64,000 nt of DNA from a virus, in the IMG/VR virus record IMGVR_UViG_3300025141_000026; one strand, written 5' to 3'. The notes beneath the pieces were generated by a model that made no database searches, was not told where the DNA came from, and saw only the letters and a program-made list of their open reading frames with translations. Made by a program: the position numbers and the translations under genes. Below, piece after piece: positions 48,183 to 56,031 of the stretch. Within the stretch, counting starts at the first letter, position 1; each line of letters opens with the position of its first letter.

Positions 48183-48877
48183 TACAGGTCCAAAGCCTCT
48201 TTCAACCCCTTTCTTCTAAAACATCTGAGGGTCGTGGTTGGGCTGCAATTTACAACCTCTACATTGGCATGGGCGGCACGGTAAGCGAACGCATTCCATG
48301 TTGGTAAGTGGAAATCTAAACCTCTTGGAACATTATATTCATCGCCAGCTTGCTGATAGTCGTCAAACCAATAATTTGGATTTTTATCCGGAGTTTCCTT
48401 GATCTTCAGCCCAACACCATCTTTTTCACAGCCGTCAATAAATTCAACGTAATTGCAGTCAACTCCAAGTAAAATAATTTTATTATAACCCATACAAATT
48501 GAAACAGAGCTTGCATTTGCTCCGGAGTTTCCATTGTCATGGAATGACAAAAAATCTTCAGGACTTTGATTTATTTTGTTTGTAGATCCAAATGGTTGCA
48601 TATTTATATGTTGAAATTTTTCATGTGGACCAAAATAATCTCTTATATAAAAGCATTTTTTTATTGGGCTATTATCTATTAAGTTTTGAAAACTTTCCTT
48701 GTGGTTATCGGTAACACGATAGTCAAAGCATCCATGATATGTTGACCACCAATTCATTCTCTCATATGCTCTATATGCCGAGTTTAGTCCGAAAGTATCC
48801 ACTCCTTTCAGCATATCAAAATCTACATCTTTTAGAGATGGACCATTTCCCATGACAACTATTGTTTTATTTTTCAT
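48182..48877 (-). CDS. Maf/MptE-like (DUF115) putative nonulosonate transferase
   Basis: IVVMGNGPSL, FGLN, GNSGANA...MGYNKIILLGVD, VVNCS. Confidence 0.7.
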   Translation of the reverse strand: MKNKTIVVMGNGPSLKDVDFDMLKGVDTFGLNSAYRAYERMNWWSTYHGCFDYRVTDNHKESFQNLIDNSPIKKCFYIRDYFGPHEKFQHINMQPFGSTNKINQSPEDFLSFHDNGNSGANASSVSICMGYNKIILLGVDCNYVEFIDGCEKDGVGLKIKETPDKNPNYWFDDYQQAGDEYNVPRGLDFHLPTWNAFAYRAAHANVEVVNCSPTTTLRCFRRKGLKEALDL

Positions 48878-49718
48878 AATAATCCCAAAATCTTTGCGAA
48901 GTCTCTTTTACATATTTCAAACAAGACTCATTTGTTTTGTACCATTCCTCTTGTGCATGTTGGACGTTCTCGTTGACAATGACATCCCCCCCCAACAGTT
49001 TAGCTTCTATTGTTATTCTGGGGCATGTATCGCCTCCGGATGGTAAGAAAATCAATCCCTTTGATGTAGATAACTTAATCAACAGTTCATGATAGGGGAG
49101 ATTTTTTACCAACTCATAATTCATATTGTTCTTTTCAGCAAAATCAATAGTGCTTTTGGTATTCTTGATCCAAGAGTCTGAATCTAATATGATGAATTTA
49201 TCATTCTTTTCGTTATGAGAAAGTGTCTCTATGAATCTAATATCCGTACTGGCAAAGATTGAACTAAGGACTTCACTCTTTTTCTTTGATAAAAATTTCA
49301 TGTTATCAAAAAAGATTTCTCTTTGTTTGGCACTCATAAACCATATTTTTTCTGCGTATGCATAAAGCGCAATGTTTGATTTTATTTCACAGTCGCACTC
49401 TTTTTGTTCGGCTGCGAAATGTTTTTCCATTGACCTATATTTACAAAACTTATAATCATACTCAATAATAGAATATGAATTGTTTTTGCACATGTGAACT
49501 TTTTCTAATTCACCCAAGTTTGCAAAATTACAAACTACAAAATGGCAATCTTTGTTTTGATCTAAGACACTTTCAGTAACATCATGAGAATGAACTAGGG
49601 CACATGATATATTGTTTTCTACCGCTTTACCAACAAGTGCGCCTGTAGATAGTTCAGCACCCCCTGTATAATCTTCAAGAAACATATCTGCTATAAAAAT
49701 ATATTTCTTTTTGCTCAT
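48867..49718 (-). CDS. Compact GT-B-like glycosyltransferase
   Basis: GGAELS near the N-terminus; DTCPRITIEAKLLG resembles the GT-B donor-binding motif. Confidence 0.6.
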   Translation of the reverse strand: MSKKKYIFIADMFLEDYTGGAELSTGALVGKAVENNISCALVHSHDVTESVLDQNKDCHFVVCNFANLGELEKVHMCKNNSYSIIEYDYKFCKYRSMEKHFAAEQKECDCEIKSNIALYAYAEKIWFMSAKQREIFFDNMKFLSKKKSEVLSSIFASTDIRFIETLSHNEKNDKFIILDSDSWIKNTKSTIDFAEKNNMNYELVKNLPYHELLIKLSTSKGLIFLPSGGDTCPRITIEAKLLGGDVIVNENVQHAQEEWYKTNESCLKYVKETSQRFWDYYEK

Positions 49719-50986
49719 ATGATCCCTTCCAACAAAGCATCTAACTGCTCTTCAGCTTCCTCAAATTCTTTAAAAGGCACCACGGCATTAGCAAACTTAT
49801 CATACATCTTAGAAGCTTCAAAATCTTTTAGAATCCACTGCTGTAGCTTTTCGGCTTGTTTCTTTTTGTGAGTATATTTGGTTCTCATTTCTCTCAACTT
49901 CATTTTGTAAGAGCCTTGATCCGAATAACACCACATTGAATCAGCTTGAAGTACACCATCCCAAACAGCTTCAGGAGGGATTGGGGCAAGCTTGTAATCA
50001 ACTTTCGTAAACATTGCTTTCATTTTCTCTTTTTTAGATTTTTTATCTTTGACAGGCATATAAAGAAAATCTAAATGTCCACTCCAGTCGGGAGCAATAA
50101 TTGGTAACCCGTGATAAGCTGCTTCAAAAAGAGGTAGACCATATCCTTCACCGTGTGTCAGAGAGACGTATGCTTTGATTTTTGGATGAGCATAAAGATC
50201 AGCCATTTCTTGATCAGTAAAAGAACCATGTAGAAGATAAACTTTACATTTTCTATCCTTGTATTGAGACAGCATATTCTTGAGCTTTAAAGTTGTTCCA
50301 ATTCTATCATTTACAGAATCATTGTGCCAATTTAGTTTAGCAACAAGACCAACTTCTTGATCATGAAATTCTTCAACGAACCACTTAATAGTGTTGTCAA
50401 TATTCTTTCTGGGACCCCATTGAGATGAGACTAAGAAGTTGAAATCTGTTTCTAGTTCAAGATCTAAGCTATCCGGGTTTCCGATGGCTCTTACTGGGTA
50501 GTTTACCACCTCTATTGGTGCCTGACATCTAAAGTTATCGACTGTTTTCCCAGTGTTTTTATCTTGAGCGGTATAGCTTGTGCTCTCATAGACTTCCTTT
50601 GCATGATTGGATACAACAACAATCTTATCCATTATCATACTTTTCTCAATCCACTGTGGCGCTACTTTTGTTGTTTCAATCCCAGCAGTGTATCCGATAT
50701 TTACAGGGGCTAATTTTTCCCACTCATTTGGAATCGTAACTTGCAAAGACATGTCAAACTGACCGCCTTGATTGAGATAGATGGCTGTTGCTTTAATTCT
50801 CTCATCGATCCACTCCCTTTCTTCGCTCTCCTCCCACACCCATCCAGTTTTACCCCAAGTAGTGGGAATGATGAAAATATCTAGATATTTTTCATAGCTG
50901 CGTAGAGATCTAACAGCAAATCTCGTTTGTTCACCGTATCCGCTTCTAGACAATATAGGTCCTTTTACTAAAATCTTTTTTTTCAT
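49715..50986 (-). CDS. GT4-family glycosyltransferase
   Basis: SGYG, RKN, GEGYGLPLFEA...GLPII; likely start ATG 50986. Confidence 0.85.
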   Translation of the reverse strand: MKKKILVKGPILSRSGYGEQTRFAVRSLRSYEKYLDIFIIPTTWGKTGWVWEESEEREWIDERIKATAIYLNQGGQFDMSLQVTIPNEWEKLAPVNIGYTAGIETTKVAPQWIEKSMIMDKIVVVSNHAKEVYESTSYTAQDKNTGKTVDNFRCQAPIEVVNYPVRAIGNPDSLDLELETDFNFLVSSQWGPRKNIDNTIKWFVEEFHDQEVGLVAKLNWHNDSVNDRIGTTLKLKNMLSQYKDRKCKVYLLHGSFTDQEMADLYAHPKIKAYVSLTHGEGYGLPLFEAAYHGLPIIAPDWSGHLDFLYMPVKDKKSKKEKMKAMFTKVDYKLAPIPPEAVWDGVLQADSMWCYSDQGSYKMKLREMRTKYTHKKKQAEKLQQWILKDFEASKMYDKFANAVVPFKEFEEAEEQLDALLEGII

Positions 50987-50987
50987 T

Positions 50988-52256
50988 TTATACCTCAATT
51001 AACTCCCATGCTTTGTAGCCCTTTCTTGTATCCCAAGATCCGTGCTGTTCAATAATTCTATCAAAAGTTTCTTCCCACTCTTTAGCATATTTTTCTGGGC
51101 TATAGTTCTTTAGCACATGCTCTCTTCCTGCTTTACCAAGCTCTTTTCTTTCCTCTTTTGACATATTGTACATTTTCTTGAGGGCATCAACCACAACTTC
51201 CTGTGAGAGTCTGTCCTCATATATAAAAGGGATCTCCTGAGAACCGATAATTGCTTTTGAAGTTGGTTCCAGTCCGATCCCGAACCAATCTTCTCCATCT
51301 GTTACTTGCTCTTGAAGACCACCTGTCATAGTGACAATAATAGGTGTCTCACATGCAAGAGATTCCAAAGTGGCAAGACCAAATCCCTCTGCATCTGATA
51401 CACTGATCGTGCAGTCAGAGATATTGTACATTATTGTCAATTCTTCGGGTGCAATTTTTTGCCTTGAAAGGTAAACTTGTCCCTGATCTAGACCCAAGTG
51501 GTGAATAATATACTCAAGATCTTGCCCGTGCACATCTTTAGGATCTGTGTGCATCAATAGTGTTGCCTTATCATGCCCCACTTCATCTAGAAACGCCTTG
51601 AACCAGTAGATAAGAGAGCCACTTTGTTTACGTCTCGCATTTCTATTGTTCCAAAAGAATACAACTCTATCTTTCATATTATCTAAAGACGAAAAGCCTG
51701 CTTTTTTACGCTCCTCTATTTGGGCGTCATCCAATTTATGAAATATTTCTGTATCCACTGTGTGCGGCAGATAACAAACATCTTTATGATCTGGTACCAC
51801 TTCATCAACAGCTTGCTTTGTCACTTTAGAAATACAGGCAATTGTATCTGTTGAGTCATACCATGGTTTATTATACGTGGGGGCTGGGAAATTATCCCAA
51901 ACATGATAATACACCATTGGGACCAGTGGTCTAATTTCATCTTCCATTTGCCACAGCCATCCCCAGAATCTTGGGTCTGTCATAAACCAAACCATGGATG
52001 GTTTTTCATTTCTAATAACAGATCTAATCATATCGGGAGTACCATATCCATCAATAGGCTGGATTAGCCAGTCATCACCCCATTGCTCTGTCTTTACAAG
52101 ACGATAGTCTTCATGTTTGATTGCTCCACCCAGACAGAAAAATCTATATTTTCCAGTCTTTAGCATCGCTTCAATCATATATTTTGTTTGTATTCCGACT
52201 CCGGAAGGGCTTAGGGGGTGATCGCTAAGAACTAGGATCGTTTTTTTATCGCTCAC
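50988..52256 (-). CDS. GT4-family glycosyltransferase
   Basis: SGVG, RNARRKQ, MYN.SD, EGFGLATLESLACETPII...GGL.EQV; likely start GTG 52256 (GAGGT SD). Confidence 0.85.
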   Translation of the reverse strand: MSDKKTILVLSDHPLSPSGVGIQTKYMIEAMLKTGKYRFFCLGGAIKHEDYRLVKTEQWGDDWLIQPIDGYGTPDMIRSVIRNEKPSMVWFMTDPRFWGWLWQMEDEIRPLVPMVYYHVWDNFPAPTYNKPWYDSTDTIACISKVTKQAVDEVVPDHKDVCYLPHTVDTEIFHKLDDAQIEERKKAGFSSLDNMKDRVVFFWNNRNARRKQSGSLIYWFKAFLDEVGHDKATLLMHTDPKDVHGQDLEYIIHHLGLDQGQVYLSRQKIAPEELTIMYNISDCTISVSDAEGFGLATLESLACETPIIVTMTGGLQEQVTDGEDWFGIGLEPTSKAIIGSQEIPFIYEDRLSQEVVVDALKKMYNMSKEERKELGKAGREHVLKNYSPEKYAKEWEETFDRIIEQHGSWDTRKGYKAWELIEV

Positions 52257-52263
52257 GTTTACC

Positions 52264-53040
52264 TCATGTACAGTGTTCTGTCCCATAAAACTCACAGTAT
52301 TTACAGGATAAGCGGTTTTTTACAAAAACCTTTCTTCCGATATTATGTATTGCTTTATATAATATGTTAAGAGCATTTTCGGTTTTTATATTCCCGCTTG
52401 TGACTCTAAATATCTCAACTCTATTTTTTTTCACTGTTCTTTTCAGTAAAGCAAAATGAGTCTCGATCATCTTAGGGTCAATGCCATGCTTTTTGGCAAA
52501 AAAGTGTTTGTAGAAAGTCAATTGATAGGTGATTTGTGGGTCTGCTCTCTTCTTTGCATTCCAGCCCCAAGTGCATGTTTTCCAATCAATAATATGATAT
52601 TTATTGTCACTAGTCTTGATCACAAGGTCGATATAACCTTTGAACTTATAATCACCCTCGACATCTTCAATATCTTCATAAATCTTTTCCTCAGTTGAGA
52701 AAACTTCGTATTCTTCAAAATAATCTTCAACTGCTGGCATTATCTCTGGGATTATATCCTTCCCTTGGATATACATGTCTCTTGTCATTTCTTTGTCGAA
52801 TGAAATGTCTTTATCTTTTAAGGATTTGATTTGATCAAAGAAATTTGACTCGAATAACTTTACGGCTTCGCTTTCAACTTTAGGATCCAAAAGCATGCTC
52901 TCACACACATCGTGAAGTGCTGTTCCAAAGGCTGTATAATGATTCCCTTGAAAGCCGTCAATTTTATCGATATAAGTTAGTTTATGCTTGTGGGGGCATG
53001 TCCACCAGTTTTTCAACTCAGAATACGAAATGTGTGTCAT
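52264..53040 (-). CDS. PD-(D/E)XK nuclease, Cas4/RecB-like, with a 4-Cys motif
   Basis: ISYS.L...CP, GT..H, KGYIDL, IIDWKT, QL..Y, CKYC......C. Confidence 0.85.
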   Translation of the reverse strand: MTHISYSELKNWWTCPHKHKLTYIDKIDGFQGNHYTAFGTALHDVCESMLLDPKVESEAVKLFESNFFDQIKSLKDKDISFDKEMTRDMYIQGKDIIPEIMPAVEDYFEEYEVFSTEEKIYEDIEDVEGDYKFKGYIDLVIKTSDNKYHIIDWKTCTWGWNAKKRADPQITYQLTFYKHFFAKKHGIDPKMIETHFALLKRTVKKNRVEIFRVTSGNIKTENALNILYKAIHNIGRKVFVKNRLSCKYCEFYGTEHCT

Positions 53041-53041
53041 T

Positions 53042-53725
53042 TTATGCCTTGTCTAATAAGTTTTCTATCTTATTATACAACACAGGGGACATGATTTGCA
53101 AGTAATTATAATCTTTTTTTATGTGAAAGTTCTCGAAACCATTTGCGAAATACTCTCGAAGGGAAGTTGCAGCGTAAGGAGAATAGAAAAGACCTTGGGT
53201 AATTCCTCTTAGATTCAAGTATCCAATGTCTTGAGACAAAAATTCATCAAATTCCCTAGAAAAATCTGGATTTAGAAAATCTCTTATTTTTACATCATAA
53301 CCTTCGGCATCTAAAAGGTAGTATAGCTTCTTTCTTTTTCCTAAAAATTCTCGCTCAAGACGACCGTCGCCGTAAATGTCCATACCATGATTCTCTTCAA
53401 CGTGGTGAGCTATTTCATGAACAATATCATCAATCATATCGTCTTCGTCGTCCTGAAAATTAGAGATGTAGAGAGATCCGTTGTCATAAAAAGCATTTAT
53501 GCCTCTATCTCTAAATTGTTCAAAATCGCCAACGTAAATTGAGTCTAAGCCATGTACAAAATATTTTGGTACAGTTTGACCAACTTTTGTAATGACACTA
53601 GATAGGCTTATGCCATTGTTTAAAAGTTTATCTTTTACATACACTGGTATATCATTGTGGAGAGTTATATTTCCTTCCTCGTGAATTATTTTTTTATTTT
53701 TTAGATATTCTTTAATCTTGGTCAT
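53042..53725 (-). CDS. Zincin-like metallopeptidase
   Basis: VHEIAHH (HExxH) with downstream YA..S..EYFA.GF. Confidence 0.7.
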   Translation of the reverse strand: MTKIKEYLKNKKIIHEEGNITLHNDIPVYVKDKLLNNGISLSSVITKVGQTVPKYFVHGLDSIYVGDFEQFRDRGINAFYDNGSLYISNFQDDEDDMIDDIVHEIAHHVEENHGMDIYGDGRLEREFLGKRKKLYYLLDAEGYDVKIRDFLNPDFSREFDEFLSQDIGYLNLRGITQGLFYSPYAATSLREYFANGFENFHIKKDYNYLQIMSPVLYNKIENLLDKA

Positions 53726-54017
53726 TTTCTTGTTTTTTTATCTCTTCCATAGCTTTATTGCCCTCTTCGATATCAAACAATGCCTGATTGTAGCCTCTGA
53801 TGAAATTTTCTTCTGCTAAAGGTAAAACAAACTCCGGAAATTCTTCGCTAAAAGTATCCAAAACCAATTGTAAAGTTACTTCATCGCTTTCTGGGTTCTT
53901 TTTTGTTCCGACATAATTCACAATCAAATCTTTTAATTGTGAATCTGTTTGTACTTCATTTGTCAAATCTTCATTTTTTTCAACATCATGTTCTGTATCG
54001 TCAAATGTTATTTTCAT
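53712..54017 (-). CDS. Hypothetical acidic protein (101 aa)
   Basis: Coupled ORF with GGAG SD. Confidence 0.55.
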   Translation of the reverse strand: MKITFDDTEHDVEKNEDLTNEVQTDSQLKDLIVNYVGTKKNPESDEVTLQLVLDTFSEEFPEFVLPLAEENFIRGYNQALFDIEEGNKAMEEIKKQENDQD

Positions 54018-54018
54018 A

Positions 54019-54453
54019 TCAACTCCTTTCTTTTATTTTTTTTACTAAATCGCTAGAACTTTGAATTTTGCCACCACCGACGCTCCAAACTAAGGAAACT
54101 CCAAGTTTGTTTGCAACATCGTTTTCAGGAATATTGCTTGTGTTTCTATCACCACCATTGGCAAAAGCGATACTAGCAGTTGGGTTTTCTTCCCTAACTT
54201 TTCTAAGTAGGTCGCAGGCTGAATTATCAGAGTCATCGAAAGAGACTGCTTTTGTTACACCCTTGATTGATTCAACCATTTCAGCCCTTTCAGACCATGA
54301 CATAAAGGCATATCCTTTTTTTCTTTCTAACCAATTATCAGAATTTACTCCAACAACAACTTCTGCGCCCAGCTTAGAGGCAGCGATGACCATTCTGGCA
54401 TGCCCAATGTGGATTGGGTCAAAGCCTCCACTCAAAACTACTATATCAAACAT
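54019..54453 (-). CDS. HIGH-motif cytidylyl/adenylyltransferase (TagD/RfaE-II-like)
   Basis: SGGFDPIHIGH, VGVNSD.W..RKKG, NGGDR, KIQSSS. Confidence 0.85.
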   Translation of the reverse strand: MFDIVVLSGGFDPIHIGHARMVIAASKLGAEVVVGVNSDNWLERKKGYAFMSWSERAEMVESIKGVTKAVSFDDSDNSACDLLRKVREENPTASIAFANGGDRNTSNIPENDVANKLGVSLVWSVGGGKIQSSSDLVKKIKERS

Positions 54454-55549
54454 TTCCTAACTCCTCGTAGTATTTTTGCATATCTCTCATTCTTTGTAAA
54501 GACGGATAGAAATATGATCTATCTCTCTCGCATCCAAAAAAAGCTCTGTTTGTTTTCATGCATGCAATCGTTGTAGAGCCCGATCCATTAAAAACATCAA
54601 GAACAACATCACCTTCGTTAGAATTTGCCTTGATAACACGTTCCAAGAGAGAGACTGGTTTCTGCGTAGGATGCCAGCCTGCATATTCTTTACTTGTTGT
54701 ATGGTTGTTCTTTTTCCAAACATCAGTTGGTATCTTGCCTTTCTCAAACTTAGTGTTCTTTGCTTGCAATTCTTCAAGTTTTGGCTCCCACTGATCGGAT
54801 TGCAGTTTGTCAAAACTGTATGTTTTCCAAGACTTTTCGTCACCTTTAGTCCAGTATTTCAGACATTCCTCATAATCTTTCTTGTACTCTTCGCTAATAG
54901 TTTTAGAGTTAAAACCTTCTTTCCACAAGTTTTCATACTCCTCACAAAGTTTAGAATATTTTTCATTATCTACTTTTTCATCCAGAATCATCCGCTTTTT
55001 TAGCAAATTCATTTTGCGCTGAAGAGCCATGTTGGTCTTGACGGCTCGCTCTTCTAAAATGTCATCCGCATTAAAAAGAAAATCTTTACCTTTTGAATAC
55101 ATAATGAGATCTTCGTGCTTTCGAGCAAAGTTCTTCTTTGTTCGCCCACCCCAATCATAATGCCAAATGATCCAGTTTTGGTAGTGTGCACCTTCAATGT
55201 TGTTCAGTACATCCAATTTGTAGCGAAGAAATGTATCATGCTTGGTGGTCCCCCAAACATAAAGGCAACGTCCGGGCTTTAGCACACGAAATGACTCTTT
55301 AGTCCATTCCATGCACCAATCAAGATATTCTTGCTCAGTTTTCCATTGATTATCCCAGTCATCTTTTATAATCTCAAAATAGGGAGGGTCTAAAATAGCT
55401 AAATCTACAGACTCATCGGGCAGCGACTTCAGAAACTCCAAGCAGTCTTTCATTTCATATTTCATGCCTTGTAAAGTGCTTAGATAATCTTCTAACTCTT
55501 TTGCTTCTTTATCTTCAATGTGAAAATCTTCTTTACCGGGATTTATCAT
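54446..55549 (-). CDS. DNA adenine/N4-cytosine methyltransferase (beta class) with a large insertion
   Basis: DPPY...HE...HPTQKP..LL...I...SN.GD.VLD.FNGSGST; an ~90-aa charged insert precedes PTDVW. Confidence 0.9.
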   Translation of the reverse strand: MINPGKEDFHIEDKEAKELEDYLSTLQGMKYEMKDCLEFLKSLPDESVDLAILDPPYFEIIKDDWDNQWKTEQEYLDWCMEWTKESFRVLKPGRCLYVWGTTKHDTFLRYKLDVLNNIEGAHYQNWIIWHYDWGGRTKKNFARKHEDLIMYSKGKDFLFNADDILEERAVKTNMALQRKMNLLKKRMILDEKVDNEKYSKLCEEYENLWKEGFNSKTISEEYKKDYEECLKYWTKGDEKSWKTYSFDKLQSDQWEPKLEELQAKNTKFEKGKIPTDVWKKNNHTTSKEYAGWHPTQKPVSLLERVIKANSNEGDVVLDVFNGSGSTTIACMKTNRAFFGCERDRSYFYPSLQRMRDMQKYYEELGNV

Positions 55550-55571
55550 ATTTTCCTTTTGCTAAAGTTAG

Positions 55572-55654
55572 TATCGGGAGGGGGACTTGAACCCCCACGC
55601 TCAAAGAGCAACAGATTTTAAGTCTGTCGTGTCTACCTATTCCACCACCCCGAC
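55572..55654 (-). tRNA. tRNA-Leu(TAA)
   Basis: GTCGGGGTGGTGGAATAGGTAGACACG-ACAGA-CTTAAAA-TCTGT, long variable arm, GGTTCAAGTCC; ends ACTA (no encoded CCA). Confidence 0.95.
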
Positions 55655-55669
55655 AAAAAGGGCAAATAA

Positions 55670-55698
55670 ATAATACACTCTATTATATCATATGTCAA
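55670..55698 (-). promoter_or_regulatory. Sigma70-type promoter for tRNA-Leu and downstream genes
   Basis: TTGACA-N17-TATTAT, ending 15 nt upstream of the tRNA. Confidence 0.8.
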
Positions 55699-55704
55699 CT
55701 ATTT

Positions 55705-55971
55705 TTACATGCCAATCACTAAGTTTCCTTCCCCAGACCAGTAAACTCTCAATTTACCATCCAAAAAATCATTCATTGAATCAAGATAAAATGATACATC
55801 GCCAGCGCTATACTCACCTGTGTCTACTTTGTTCAAGACCCAGTGTAAAACACTGTTTATTATAAAAGCTTTTTGTGCATGACAGGTATTATCGATGCTG
55901 TGAAGAGCACCACTTTCTTTTAGATAAGTCAAAATGACTTTTTTATTATGTTCTATTCTTTTTTTGCTCAT
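55705..55971 (-). CDS. Hypothetical protein (88 aa)
   Basis: ORF fills the gap between the terminator and the tRNA promoter. Confidence 0.5.
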   Translation of the reverse strand: MSKKRIEHNKKVILTYLKESGALHSIDNTCHAQKAFIINSVLHWVLNKVDTGEYSAGDVSFYLDSMNDFLDGKLRVYWSGEGNLVIGM

Positions 55972-55977
55972 GTATTA

Positions 55978-56008
55978 AATATAAAGAGGGGGGACAAATC
56001 CCCCCTCT
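55978..56008 (-). terminator. Rho-independent terminator after the tail-fibre gene
   Basis: Perfect 10-bp stem AGAGGGGGGA-TTTG-TCCCCCCTCT followed by TTATATTT on the minus strand, ~25 nt after the stop. Confidence 0.8.
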
Positions 56009-56031
56009 CGGTTTCGTAAATTTAGTTTTTA

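Noticed and set aside
48986-48993. G8 tract (coding strand) in a glycosyltransferase as a phase-variation switch
   Set aside because: The gene is in frame and an equally long run occurs in a structural gene (2955-2962); unsupported without read-level length variation.
33996-52256. Bacterial chromosomal O-antigen/capsule locus, or a giant eukaryotic virus
   Set aside because: The island is embedded among phage baseplate, sigma-factor and fibre genes with SD sites and sigma70 promoters. There are no export genes, housekeeping genes, integrase or NCLDV markers in the window.
52264-53040. CRISPR-Cas system suggested by the Cas4-like gene
   Set aside because: No repeat-spacer array or other cas gene is visible in the window.
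54740-55030. Intein in the DNA methyltransferase
   Set aside because: No N-terminal Cys/Ser block or C-terminal His-Asn, and too short for a HINT domain.
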